A DNA stretch of 63,531 nucleotides from an uncultured Bacilli bacterium (GTDB lineage Bacteria; Bacillota_I; Bacilli_A; RF39; UBA660): positions 1-63,531 of the forward strand of contig CANPVV010000004.1 of NCBI GenBank assembly GCA_947581835.1. Direction: 5' to 3'. The notes beneath the pieces are model-generated. The model saw nothing but the letters and a program-made list of their open reading frames with translations. It made no database searches and was not told where the DNA came from. Every line of letters starts with the position of its first letter. Positions within the stretch are counted from its first letter, which is position 1. Positions 1 through 9,533 of the stretch are shown one piece after another. Position numbers and translations under genes: made by a program.

Positions 1-4
1 TCGG

Positions 5-19
5 GAATTTATCAGTTTT
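5..19. repeat. IS left terminal inverted repeat
   Basis: GAATTTATCAGTTTT is the exact reverse complement of 1946-1960. Confidence 0.75.
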
Positions 20-85
20 AAAATATAAAAATTGTGCAAGCCATTATAAAATGGTTATTTTTTTGTCAAATTTTTGATTTTTATC

Positions 86-115
86 TTGCGTACGTTTTCA
101 TACGTGTGATATAAT
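86..115 (+). promoter_or_regulatory. Putative transposase promoter (TTGCGT-N18-TATAAT with TG extension)
   Basis: TTGCGT lies at 86-91 and TGaTATAAT ends at 115. An RBS-like AAAGGTAGTGA precedes the ATG at 139. Confidence 0.45.
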
Positions 116-138
116 ATTTTTGTAAAGGTAGTGATTTT

Positions 139-1866
139 ATGCATATCAAAAAAACTAAGTCTAAAAATTCTGAACATTATTCTATTATTTATGATATTAA
201 TATTAATGGCAAAAGAACTTCTAAAGTTTATGAAAATATTGGAAATTATGAGAAATTAAAATCACGGGCTGGTACTCAAGACCCTATCCTTTGGCTAAAC
301 AATTATGTTAATGATTTAAATAAAAAAATCAAAGAAGAAAGTTTGCCTTTTGTTTTAAAAAAATATCCCAACAAAAAAATCGATAAAAATATTAAACAAT
401 CATTTAATGCAGGATATTTATTCTTACAAAAAATATATTATGATTTAGGTATTAATAATATTTGTAATGAAATTACTAATAAATATCAATTTCATTATGA
501 TTTAAATAATATTTTATCTAATCTTATTTATTCCAGAATTATATATCCATCCTCTAAACTAAAAACATTAGAAGTATCTAAAAACTTTTTAGAACAGCCA
601 GAGTTTACTTATAATGATATATTAAGAAGTTTAGAAGTATTATCTAAAGAAAGCGATTATATTCAATCTGAACTTTACAAAAATAGTTTAAAATATTCTA
701 AAAGAAATGATAAAATCTTATTTTATGATTGTACTAATTATTATTTTGAAATTGAAGAGGAAGACGATTTTAGAAAATATGGTAAAAGCAAAGAACATAG
801 ACCTAATCCAATTATAGGTATGGGACTTTTTCTTGATGGAGATGGTATTCCCCTTTCATTTGATACTTTTGAAGGAAATAAAAATGAACAAGTAACTTTA
901 AAACCTTTGGAAGAAAAAATAATAAATGATTTTAATAATCCTATGTTTGTTGTTTGTACAGATGCTGGTTTATCAAGTACTGCCAATCGTAAATTTAACA
1001 ATAAAGATAATCGCAAATTTGTTACTACCCAATCTTTAAAAAAACTAAAACAATTTTTGAAAGATTGGTCATTAGATTTATCTAAAGGTTGGCATTTACC
1101 AGGGATAGATAAAACATTTGATATTTCTAAATTAAGAGAAAATGAAGAATTAATTAATAAATTTTATGACAAGATATTTTATAAAGAAAGATGGATAAAA
1201 GAAGACGGAATTGAACAAAGATTAATTATTACCTACTCCCCAAAATATCAAGAATATCAAAGACATATTAGAGAAAAACAAATACAAAGAGCAATTAATA
1301 TTATTTCTAAAAATCCTAAAAAAATTAAAATTAACAATGAAAATGATCCCAAAAGATTTATTGAAATTATACCAACAACCAAAGATGGTGAAGTTGCTGA
1401 AAACAATAATTATATGTTAAATCAAGAAAAAATAAATGAAGAAACTTTATATGATGGATTATATGGAGTATGTACAAACTTAGAAGATGATGCATCTGAA
1501 ATTATCAAAATAAACAAAAGAAGATGGGAAATAGAAGAATCATTTAGAATAATGAAAAGTGAATTTAAAGCAAGACCTGTTTATTTATCAAGAGAAGATA
1601 GAATAAAAGCTCATTTTCTTACTTGTTTCTTATCTTTAGTTATATTTAGATATTTAGAAAAGAAATTAGATGAAAAATATACAGTTACACAAATTATTGA
1701 TACCTTAAAAAATTACGAATTAAAAAATGAACATATTGGTTACTCTCCAATTTATATGAGAAACGATTTAACTGATTTATTACATGAAGTATTTGGATTT
1801 TGTACCGATTATGAAATAATCGATAATAAAAATATGAAAAAAATTTGTAAACAAACAAAAAATTAA
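139..1866 (+). CDS. DDE transposase, IS4/IS1634 group
   Basis: 575 aa. Candidate catalytic blocks are LFYDCTNYYFE and VVCTDAGL. An R-x3-E-x6-K block (RRWEIEESFRIMK) is typical of IS4-superfamily transposases. Confidence 0.8.
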   Translation: MHIKKTKSKNSEHYSIIYDININGKRTSKVYENIGNYEKLKSRAGTQDPILWLNNYVNDLNKKIKEESLPFVLKKYPNKKIDKNIKQSFNAGYLFLQKIYYDLGINNICNEITNKYQFHYDLNNILSNLIYSRIIYPSSKLKTLEVSKNFLEQPEFTYNDILRSLEVLSKESDYIQSELYKNSLKYSKRNDKILFYDCTNYYFEIEEEDDFRKYGKSKEHRPNPIIGMGLFLDGDGIPLSFDTFEGNKNEQVTLKPLEEKIINDFNNPMFVVCTDAGLSSTANRKFNNKDNRKFVTTQSLKKLKQFLKDWSLDLSKGWHLPGIDKTFDISKLRENEELINKFYDKIFYKERWIKEDGIEQRLIITYSPKYQEYQRHIREKQIQRAINIISKNPKKIKINNENDPKRFIEIIPTTKDGEVAENNNYMLNQEKINEETLYDGLYGVCTNLEDDASEIIKINKRRWEIEESFRIMKSEFKARPVYLSREDRIKAHFLTCFLSLVIFRYLEKKLDEKYTVTQIIDTLKNYELKNEHIGYSPIYMRNDLTDLLHEVFGFCTDYEIIDNKNMKKICKQTKN

Positions 1867-1945
1867 AAAACGTACGCATTTTTTTAATAATTTAAAAATC
1901 TCTCAATTCCTTATAAATAAAGGGTTTGGGAGATTTTACTTTTTA

Positions 1946-1960
1946 AAAACTGATAAATTC
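1946..1960. repeat. IS right terminal inverted repeat
   Basis: AAAACTGATAAATTC is the reverse complement of 5-19. Confidence 0.75.
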
Positions 1961-2041
1961 AGGATTATAGCATAAAAATGTAAAAAATAAATATTTTTTT
2001 GTAAATTATTTAAAAAAATGTAAAGATATGATATTATATAG

Positions 2042-3721
2042 ATGGTGGCTAATGTGAAAAAGATTTTAATAAGTATTGATAACAATGAAATAACATTTTC
2101 CTATAAAACTAGTAATAGTACAATTAGTAATGATTTAATTAATACAAATATTATTAGTGATAATGAACTTATTTTTAGTGATATATATATAAAAGAAAAT
2201 ACTAAGATTCTAGCTAGTTTTATTAAAGAATTAGCTATCCAGTATAATGTAAATAAAGTTAATGTTACCAAAATGGATTTAGCTCCTTTGATTCTTAATT
2301 TACTTAGTAAGAGTACTAATATTTTATATTTATATATAAAAGAAGATGAGGCTTTAACTTATACTATTTGTGAAGAATTAATTAAACTTAAGAATATAAA
2401 AACTGTTAATTGTTATACTATTCAACCTTTTATGATTGAATTATTAGATAAAAATCATATCACGTGTGAAACTCGTTCAGAGATACTTTATATGAGTAAT
2501 TTTATGGAAAATAATAATTTAGTTAGATTTTCTAATATATATTATAAGACTAATATTAGAATTACTCTTCCCCTTTCTTTGGAAGATTTTAATGATTTAA
2601 AAGACTTTTGTAAAATAAATAATTATCTTAAAGTAGTTCATATTAATAAACTTATTCCTAATGAACTTGATAATATAGTTAAAGTTTTAACTAGTTTTAA
2701 TAAATATAATTTAAAAGTTATAATACATGAAAATATTAGTGATGAGAAATTAGTTAATCATTTAAAAGAACTTAATAAAAATTATAAGAAGAAATATAAT
2801 ATTGTTTTATCTTTACAATATACTGATGAATATTTAGATAATAATATTTTTAAACAAACTATTATAAATACTCTTAAAGTTTGTGGGTTAATTATTTCAA
2901 GTTTAGTTATTTTGGTAGTTACTTATATTGGGGTTTCTAATTATGTGGCTTTAAAACAAGTAGATGCGATTAAAGATGATTTGGCAAAAGTGGTAGAAGA
3001 TACAGATGTTACAGATATTATTGAAAAAATAAATGAAGAAAATGAGAGAAAAGCACAAGAACAAGAAGTACCGGAGGAAAATCCTAGTGAAGATGAAAAT
3101 AATGAAGAAGGAAATAATCCAGAAGAACCAATTGATGAGGTTAAAAAGGTTACTAATAATGATTTAGCTGCCCTTCTTACAGTTAATAATGACGTTATTG
3201 GTGAACTTAAGGTTAATAATACAAATGTAGATTATCCAGTAGTTCAAGCTGATGATAATGATTATTATTTAGATCATAATATTAATAGACAGAAAAATGC
3301 AAATGGTTGGATATTTATGGATTACCGGAATAATCCAATGAATTTAGATAAAAATAATATTATTTATGGACATAATATGTATTATAGTGGTGTAATGTTT
3401 GGAACACTACATAAAACAGCAAATAAAGGATGGTATACAAATCCAGATAATCAGATTATTACTTATAATACTTTGTATGAAAAAATGAAGTTTCAAATAT
3501 TTTCAATATATAGAGTACCAAAAACAAATGATTATTTAAAAGTTTATTTTAGTGATGATGAAGACTTTATGGCTTTTGTAGAGATGATTACAACAAGAAG
3601 TATATATAATTTTAATGTTCCTTTAAATGCTGATGATACTATACTTACCCTTTCTACTTGTTCTAATAATGGAACTAAAAGATTGGTAATTCATGCAAAA
3701 TTAATAAAAGATGAAGAATAA
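2042..3721 (+). CDS. Class B sortase domain protein with a long N-terminal extension
   Basis: The C-terminal ~200 aa match SrtB hallmarks (NVDYPVVQADDNDYYLDHN, IIYGHNM, catalytic LTLSTCS, RLVIHAKL). They are preceded by a TM helix (LIISSLVILVVTYIGV), an acidic linker and ~280 aa of unknown N-terminal domain. A GTG at 2054 with a GGTGG RBS is an alternative start. Confidence 0.75.
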   Translation: MVANVKKILISIDNNEITFSYKTSNSTISNDLINTNIISDNELIFSDIYIKENTKILASFIKELAIQYNVNKVNVTKMDLAPLILNLLSKSTNILYLYIKEDEALTYTICEELIKLKNIKTVNCYTIQPFMIELLDKNHITCETRSEILYMSNFMENNNLVRFSNIYYKTNIRITLPLSLEDFNDLKDFCKINNYLKVVHINKLIPNELDNIVKVLTSFNKYNLKVIIHENISDEKLVNHLKELNKNYKKKYNIVLSLQYTDEYLDNNIFKQTIINTLKVCGLIISSLVILVVTYIGVSNYVALKQVDAIKDDLAKVVEDTDVTDIIEKINEENERKAQEQEVPEENPSEDENNEEGNNPEEPIDEVKKVTNNDLAALLTVNNDVIGELKVNNTNVDYPVVQADDNDYYLDHNINRQKNANGWIFMDYRNNPMNLDKNNIIYGHNMYYSGVMFGTLHKTANKGWYTNPDNQIITYNTLYEKMKFQIFSIYRVPKTNDYLKVYFSDDEDFMAFVEMITTRSIYNFNVPLNADDTILTLSTCSNNGTKRLVIHAKLIKDEE

Positions 3722-4342
3722 TTAATCTTTGGTTGCGACTAAATAATTGATTTTAATACCTTTATTTATGAATTTAGCTTCATATTCAGTTATTACATTA
3801 GGTATGGGATAGTTAGCTAAATCAAGGTTTACATCAACAAATTTATAGCCATAATTGCTTAAAGTTATAAGAGATGAGGCAAACAAACCTAAATTGTCAG
3901 TTTTTAAAATTATTTTCTTAGTATTTTTAAAGAGATTATCATAGATACTTAAAAATGTAGGACTAGTTAATCTTCTTTCGGCATGTCTCTTTTTAGGCCA
4001 TGGGTCAGAAAAGTTTAGATAAATAGTATCTATTTCATGATTAAAAATTTGGGGTAAGTTTTTAGCATCACAATTTATAATTCGTAAATTTGGTAAAGGT
4101 TCTGGATATTTTTTAATAGATTTTGCTATAACACCAGTATATTTTTCTATACCTATAAAATTGATTTGAGGATATTTTAAAGCCATATTATAGATAAAGT
4201 TTCCTTTTCCCATACCTATTTCTAAATGAAGAGGATTATTATTGTTAAATACTTTTCGCCAATTAATAGATTCTAAATTAGTTAAAAGATAGGAACAATT
4301 ATTTATTAAAATCTCTTTATCTTTAGTATTTCTTAGACGCAT
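3722..4342 (-). CDS. trmB: tRNA (guanine-N7)-methyltransferase
   Basis: The protein is collinear with Bacillus TrmB. Motifs seen: EIGMGKGNF (SAM site), YLNFSDPWPKKRHAERRL, TEYEAKF. Confidence 0.9.
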   Translation of the reverse strand: MRLRNTKDKEILINNCSYLLTNLESINWRKVFNNNNPLHLEIGMGKGNFIYNMALKYPQINFIGIEKYTGVIAKSIKKYPEPLPNLRIINCDAKNLPQIFNHEIDTIYLNFSDPWPKKRHAERRLTSPTFLSIYDNLFKNTKKIILKTDNLGLFASSLITLSNYGYKFVDVNLDLANYPIPNVITEYEAKFINKGIKINYLVATKD

Positions 4343-4397
4343 TAAAAATCACTACTTTCTATTAAATGCATATAATAAGTTGAAAGGAAAAAAGAAA

Positions 4398-4730
4398 ATG
4401 AAAAAAGACCGAAATACTTTTTTTCAAGAATCTTCATATATGAATATGATGGGTGTTCCTAATCAAAATATTATTAGTAATCCTATGGCAACACAAGCTT
4501 ATGCGAATCAAGGATTTTATGCAGGTCCAATGAATGCCCAAATGAATTATAACACAGGTATGGAGCAAAATCAAAATTATTATAATGATTATAGTGAGAT
4601 GGAAGCAAGATTATCAAAATTAGAAAGACAACTTAATCGTTTAGATTTAAGAGTTAATAAGTTAGAACAAAATAGTTTTTATACAACTGATGATATTGAT
4701 AGTAGTACAACTAATGTTTATATGGTTTAG
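4398..4730 (+). CDS. Small Q/N/M-rich protein with C-terminal coiled coil (function unknown, spore-coat-like composition)
   Basis: The ATG at 4398 follows AAAGGAAAAAAG. The sequence is low-complexity N/Q/M/Y-rich, followed by the heptad-like EARLSKLERQLNRLDLRVNKLEQ. Confidence 0.5.
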   Translation: MKKDRNTFFQESSYMNMMGVPNQNIISNPMATQAYANQGFYAGPMNAQMNYNTGMEQNQNYYNDYSEMEARLSKLERQLNRLDLRVNKLEQNSFYTTDDIDSSTTNVYMV

Positions 4731-4734
4731 AGGC

Positions 4735-6384
4735 TTAGGCTTCTTTTTTAGTTTTTAAGAATTTATTTTTTATTTTAGTTAAGAAATCTTCACCTAAGAC
4801 GTCGGTTAATAAGCCCATTTTATACGAGATTAAAAAATAAGTTAAAGCACCAATTAAAGAGGTTATGGCAATATATATTAGGCAAGAGAATGTTTTAGTA
4901 TAATCAATTTTAATAAAAGTATTCATAAGAGTTACTACAATTATCATAACAGTTAGAGGAAGAAGAATCTTTTTTAGGGTATTTAATATTTCTTGATAAT
5001 TAAATTTATATTCTTTTTTAAGAAAACGCATAGCAACTATTAAAGTTACGGAAAATCCAATTATAGAGGCAAAAGTTGCACCAAAATAAGCAGGAAGATG
5101 AATATAATCTAAGATAAGCATTAGAGGTACGTCTAATAAAGCATTAATTAAAATACCTGTTATAGCACTTATATATACGAGTTTAAAACGATTCATACTT
5201 TGAAGAGTGTAATTAGAAACAGTATATAAATTTGTAAATAAAGGTGAGAAAATACAGATGGCTAAGATAGATGCACCTAGTTCAAGATTGTCTAAACCAT
5301 AAAAGATACGCCATAAAGGAATACTTAAAAGAGAAATGCCAAAACACATAGGAATACAGACAAATAGAATTATAGAAACAGCTTTATTGAATTTATGATT
5401 GACATCATCATTTTTTTTTAAAGTAAAAGATTCAACCATATGAGGAATGAGGCTAGCTGATAGGCCTAGACCTACAGAGGTTATAATAATACTTATTTTA
5501 GATGCCCAAGTACTAATACCAGTGGCAATAAATTCAACGTCTAAAGCATTGTAACCTAGATGATCCATAGTTCTTAAAATTAGAATCATATCAACATTGT
5601 TATATAAAGAAAAAGCAAGACTAATAACAATAGTTGGGATAGCATATACAACTATTTTTTTTAGAATTTCACGATTAGTTATATTATCTTGTTTAGCAAA
5701 GGTTGTATCTAAGTGAAGTTCAGTTTTATTGTTAACCATTTTTCTATGAACGTATATGAATGCACATAAACCTCCAATAAAAGCACCAAAGACAGCAATA
5801 CCAATCGCATAAGTTAAGTCTAAGTGTAACCATTTAAGGGCAATATAACTGCCGCATATTATGACTAGGACTCTTGCTAGTTGTTCTATTACTTGAGAAA
5901 AACTGGAAACAGATATGATATTATGGCCTTGAAAGAAACCACGAGATACACTTAAAAATGGGAAAATTAATATTGCAAAAGAAACAGCTCGAATTACAAA
6001 AGCAACTTCTTCAATAGTATTACCACCATTTAAATCACCAATGATAAGGCTTGCTATGGATGGGGCAAAAACAAACATGATTACAAAAGCAATAATGGCA
6101 ATAAAACTTAGAATTTTGCGACCTAATTTAAAAGTTCTTACTTTCGCCTCTTGCATATTTAAAGTATTAAATTCATTTACAAGTTTACCAACAGCATTAG
6201 GAAGACCAGCGGTAGAAATTTCCAAAAATAGACCATAGATATTGTAAGCATAGGCATATAAAGCAGCACCTTTAACTCCTACAGTAGCATAAAAAGGTAT
6301 AACATAAAGCATACCTAAAATTTTAGTTATAACTATAGCTAATGTCGCAATAATGGTTCCTTCGATAAAAGAATTTTTTTTCAT
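4735..6384 (-). CDS. MOP-superfamily flippase (polysaccharide biosynthesis / MurJ-SpoVB-YtgP-like)
   Basis: 549 aa with about 14 predicted TM helices. Its size and N-terminal pattern (FIEGTIIATLAIVITKILGMLYVIPF) are typical of Firmicute YtgP/SpoVB-type proteins. Confidence 0.75.
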   Translation of the reverse strand: MKKNSFIEGTIIATLAIVITKILGMLYVIPFYATVGVKGAALYAYAYNIYGLFLEISTAGLPNAVGKLVNEFNTLNMQEAKVRTFKLGRKILSFIAIIAFVIMFVFAPSIASLIIGDLNGGNTIEEVAFVIRAVSFAILIFPFLSVSRGFFQGHNIISVSSFSQVIEQLARVLVIICGSYIALKWLHLDLTYAIGIAVFGAFIGGLCAFIYVHRKMVNNKTELHLDTTFAKQDNITNREILKKIVVYAIPTIVISLAFSLYNNVDMILILRTMDHLGYNALDVEFIATGISTWASKISIIITSVGLGLSASLIPHMVESFTLKKNDDVNHKFNKAVSIILFVCIPMCFGISLLSIPLWRIFYGLDNLELGASILAICIFSPLFTNLYTVSNYTLQSMNRFKLVYISAITGILINALLDVPLMLILDYIHLPAYFGATFASIIGFSVTLIVAMRFLKKEYKFNYQEILNTLKKILLPLTVMIIVVTLMNTFIKIDYTKTFSCLIYIAITSLIGALTYFLISYKMGLLTDVLGEDFLTKIKNKFLKTKKEA

Positions 6385-6399
6385 ACTTCACCTTCTTTT

Positions 6400-6570
6400 T
6401 TAGATATAAATAATCATAGCACTGAAACAATAGATTTGTTCATCACCCATAGGCATGATAGCAGTACTAAATTTAATATCTATTACTTCCCCTTCTAATT
6501 TAGTTAAAAATTCATTGATTTTAGTTTCTAAATCTTTTTCGTGACTTTCATCAAATAGTTTAACTTTCAT
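6400..6570 (-). CDS. cse60: Sporulation protein Cse60
   Basis: MKVKLFDESHEKDLETKINEFL...EQIYCFSAMIIY matches the Cse60 family pattern as I remember it. The start at 6570 follows a GGTGA RBS. Confidence 0.65.
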   Translation of the reverse strand: MKVKLFDESHEKDLETKINEFLTKLEGEVIDIKFSTAIMPMGDEQIYCFSAMIIYI

Positions 6571-6598
6571 AATATTCACCAAAAAGATTGTAACATAT

Positions 6599-7063
6599 TT
6601 AAATATTTTTTATTGTCGAATTAAATAATTTGATGAAGATTTCTATGACTTCAAGTTTATTATCATGACGATTTTCTTTTTGAAGTTTTTGATGGGCATG
6701 ATAGTATTTATTAGTTCGGCTATCATAGATACATAGGTCTACACTTTTTTCTTCGGGAGTGTTACTGGTTAATCTTCCGGTTATTCCGACGCCTAAGTTA
6801 CTATTAGTAAATTTAGAAATATTATAAGCCATTTCCTCAGCAGTTTGTTTACTGTAAACGGTATATTTTTCAAGAGTTTGGGGGTTTACTCCCATTTTAA
6901 TTTTAAATTCGTTACAATAGGTTACGGCACTAAATTTTAGAATATTGCTGGCACCAGGGGTATCGGTTATAAGGCTAGCAAGCAAGCCGCCGGTACAAGA
7001 CTCCATCGTTGAAATACTAATTTTATGAGATATTAAATAATTAACAAATTCTGTTAAATCCAT
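6599..7063 (-). CDS. pncC: CinA-family nicotinamide-nucleotide amidohydrolase (stand-alone PncC-type domain)
   Basis: ESCTGGLLAS motif and ~150 aa length match the CinA C-terminal domain. Confidence 0.75.
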   Translation of the reverse strand: MDLTEFVNYLISHKISISTMESCTGGLLASLITDTPGASNILKFSAVTYCNEFKIKMGVNPQTLEKYTVYSKQTAEEMAYNISKFTNSNLGVGITGRLTSNTPEEKSVDLCIYDSRTNKYYHAHQKLQKENRHDNKLEVIEIFIKLFNSTIKNI

Positions 7064-7325
7064 AAAACATCACCCATATTTTAAATTTTAACATAAATAA
7101 ATTAGTTTGTACACTTTTTTAAAAGAAAAAGCGTGCTTTTAAAGATTATTTTTAAAGATATTTTAAAATTTTTAGAAAAGAAAAAGAATAATGAGATTTT
7201 ATTTGGCTCGCCAATATTTGGTTGGTGGGTCTTTAATTCATTACTCCTTAATATTTAAAATTAGAATAATCTTTATATTATCTAATACCCAAAAATATAA
7301 TTATTATATCTTATAATAAAATATC

Positions 7326-7934
7326 TTATAAATTTTGAATATCTTTAGATAATTCTGTAAATGTTTCGTTGTTATTATAATATCTTCTATCAAATAATAT
7401 CCAACCATCACTAGCTTTTTTAACTTGAGGTAAGATTTCTTTAGATAATTCTTCGGGATAATTTTTGACATCTTCAAGAGCGTTTTCTAATTTGAAATCA
7501 CCATTTAATTCATAAATTTTAGCTTGTAAATCAGATTCTAGTTTACTTACATATAAAGCAAATTTAGCTTCTTCAGTTTCTTGAGCATCAAATTCATTAT
7601 AGATATTTACAAATTCATTTTGATTAATTAAATCAGCGGTAACTTCTTCGATTAATTTTTTACCATCAATATTTTCTGAAGAATTAATTGATGCCTCAGA
7701 CATTGATACAGCTTTTTTTAATTCTTTGATAACTAGCATTTGATATACTTTTTCCATATCTAAATTTAAATTTTTTTCGGAAGATATGGCAAGTGATAAA
7801 ACAAAACAGCCATATACATGGTCAGCAACTGACTCAATTTTTTCGTTAGGTATGTTTACTTCTTTCCATCCGGTACGGATAATATTTTTTAATTTGTTAG
7901 CTGTGATATAAAAATTTATAATATTTTTATTCAT
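7326..7934 (-). CDS. HD-domain hydrolase (YfbR-like 5'-nucleotidase family)
   Basis: RTGWKEVNIP...ESVADHVYG (HD motif region). The start at 7934 follows AAAGGAGA. Confidence 0.65.
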   Translation of the reverse strand: MNKNIINFYITANKLKNIIRTGWKEVNIPNEKIESVADHVYGCFVLSLAISSEKNLNLDMEKVYQMLVIKELKKAVSMSEASINSSENIDGKKLIEEVTADLINQNEFVNIYNEFDAQETEEAKFALYVSKLESDLQAKIYELNGDFKLENALEDVKNYPEELSKEILPQVKKASDGWILFDRRYYNNNETFTELSKDIQNL

Positions 7935-8037
7935 AAATTCATCTCCTTTTATATATTCTAACATGAATTTTGCTTAATTACTATAAAATTTTTTAAAAAA
8001 GTTTAGAGAAAAAGAAAAAGTTAATATAACAATTAAC

Positions 8038-8298
8038 TCATCTTGGAATATAACCACCGTAGGAATTGTAATAGTATGGATATCCTGGATTATATGGTGG
8101 TCGTGGCCCTGGTCCATAGCCTGGACCTCCTCCATTTGGAGCAACATTATAGATTGGTCGTGGTCTTGTTAAACCTACAGCAGCTCCCCCTACTAAAGCT
8201 CCAGTTAAAAATGGAAAGAAAAATTGACGTTCACCACCTTGAACACCAAATGCGCGATAATAAGGATTATTGTTAGGATAAATATTTTGATAGTTCAT
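8038..8298 (-). CDS. Small Gly/Pro/Tyr/Asn-rich protein with central hydrophobic stretch
   Basis: The ATG follows an AGAGGTGA RBS. Composition includes NGGGPGYGPGPRPPYNPGYPYYYNSYGGY. The overlapping + strand ORF 8043-8276 is judged spurious. Confidence 0.5.
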   Translation of the reverse strand: MNYQNIYPNNNPYYRAFGVQGGERQFFFPFLTGALVGGAAVGLTRPRPIYNVAPNGGGPGYGPGPRPPYNPGYPYYYNSYGGYIPR

Positions 8299-8391
8299 TA
8301 AAATCACCTCTTAGTAGTAAGATATGCAATTAAAGGAAGTGATTATGGACTACTGCCTAATTTGATAAGTTTTATGATTAAGTATTTAGCT

Positions 8392-9462
8392 TTAATTATT
8401 AATTAGATCATTATCAGTAGGTTCAGAGCTATACCAGTACCAGTTATTACCTATTTTTTTAAAGGTATGTTTATAAGTTGGTAAATTAGCAATTAAATTT
8501 TGAAGACTATAATTAGCCATATCTGATAAATTAGTACTGTTTACAGGACATTCTCCAGTAATATTTCCATTATTATCATAGCTACAATAGATGCCGACGT
8601 CATTATTAATATTTGGAGTTATACTAGTATGACATACACTTAAAGAACCATCTGATTCACAGAATGCAACTTTATCATAGATATGCATTTCATTATCATT
8701 GTATTCATAAAAAACTAATTTATTTTTTAGATAGACATTGCTTCCGCTTTTAGGGATATCTTTTAATACCCAGTTATTATTGTCACTAAATAATTCTATA
8801 GTGTTTTCAAAATTGTAGCCTTGATTGGTGTTTATAGGTAAATCATATTTATTAGAGGTATTATATTTTTGTTTCATGTAATTATTAAAAGTGGTTTTAT
8901 TTATTTCATATAATAAAGTGGTGGTTTCACCCATAATATCGATATTTTTCTTATAATTTATATTGTTTTCAGTTAAATATTTATGGATATTATAGATAAT
9001 TAAATCTTTGTTGTTGGTATCATTGATAGTTACTTTTTTAGTAAAGTATGGTCCTATAATATTTTTTACTATTAAACTATTATGAAGTTGGGTGATTGTT
9101 CCAGTAGTGATACCTTCATCGATTGTGTTACCATCGGTTGATGGGTTGGTAAATCCATCAGTTGAGGGATTAGTAAATCCGTCTGTTGAAGGATTGGTAA
9201 TTCCATCGGTTGAAGGATTGGTGAAACCATCAGTTGAAGGATTGGTGAAACCATCAGTTGAAGGATTGGTAACTCCGTCTGTTGAAGGATTGGTAACTCC
9301 ATCTGTTGAAGGATTAGTAATTCCATCGGTTGATGGGTTGATAACTCCATCAACTGCAGGATTAGCTGGTTTTTGATTATTTAAAATGACATAAGATGCT
9401 GTACCACTGGTGGCGGTTATAATAGAAATAACTCCTATAATATATGGTAAATATTTTTTCAT
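8392..9462 (-). CDS. Membrane-anchored surface protein with NPSTDGxT tandem repeats
   Basis: It has an N-terminal TM/signal anchor and 10-11 copies of an 8-aa repeat. The C-terminal motif YKHTFKK..NWYWYS is shared with the next gene. Confidence 0.7.
   Translation of the reverse strand: MKKYLPYIIGVISIITATSGTASYVILNNQKPANPAVDGVINPSTDGITNPSTDGVTNPSTDGVTNPSTDGFTNPSTDGFTNPSTDGITNPSTDGFTNPSTDGFTNPSTDGNTIDEGITTGTITQLHNSLIVKNIIGPYFTKKVTINDTNNKDLIIYNIHKYLTENNINYKKNIDIMGETTTLLYEINKTTFNNYMKQKYNTSNKYDLPINTNQGYNFENTIELFSDNNNWVLKDIPKSGSNVYLKNKLVFYEYNDNEMHIYDKVAFCESDGSLSVCHTSITPNINNDVGIYCSYDNNGNITGECPVNSTNLSDMANYSLQNLIANLPTYKHTFKKIGNNWYWYSSEPTDNDLINN
9100..9363. repeat. 24-bp in-frame tandem repeat array (about 11 copies)
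   Basis: Repeated ggttgaaggattggtaa-type units encode NPSTDG[VIF]T on the minus strand. Confidence 0.85.
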
Positions 9463-9533
9463 AAAATTTCCTCTTTTCGACGCTTATTTTAACACAAGTT
9501 TGGATATTTTGCAAATTTTGGATTTTTTCATTT

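Larger units (their letters stand above)
1..1965 (+). mobile_element. IS4/IS1634-group insertion sequence, apparently complete
   Basis: Perfect 15-nt terminal inverted repeats (5-19 GAATTTATCAGTTTT; 1946-1960 AAAACTGATAAATTC, extendable to ~19 nt with one indel) bracket a single DDE transposase ORF. The left end lies at the window edge, so a target-site duplication cannot be assessed. Confidence 0.75.

Noticed and set aside
41-75. ~26-nt similarity (ATAAAATGGTTATTTT..TGTCAAATTT) between the IS left end and the extreme right of the window (63417-63445)
   Set aside because: The terminal IR of the IS is not present near 63.4 kb, and the match needs a 3-nt indel. At 63.4 kb it coincides with the spacer of an ordinary TTGACA promoter, so a second IS copy is not supported.
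741-1879. Minus-strand ORFs 741-1016 and 1694-1879 inside or overlapping the transposase gene
   Set aside because: They are antisense to a well-supported CDS, have low-complexity translations and lack an RBS. They are typical AT-rich shadow ORFs.
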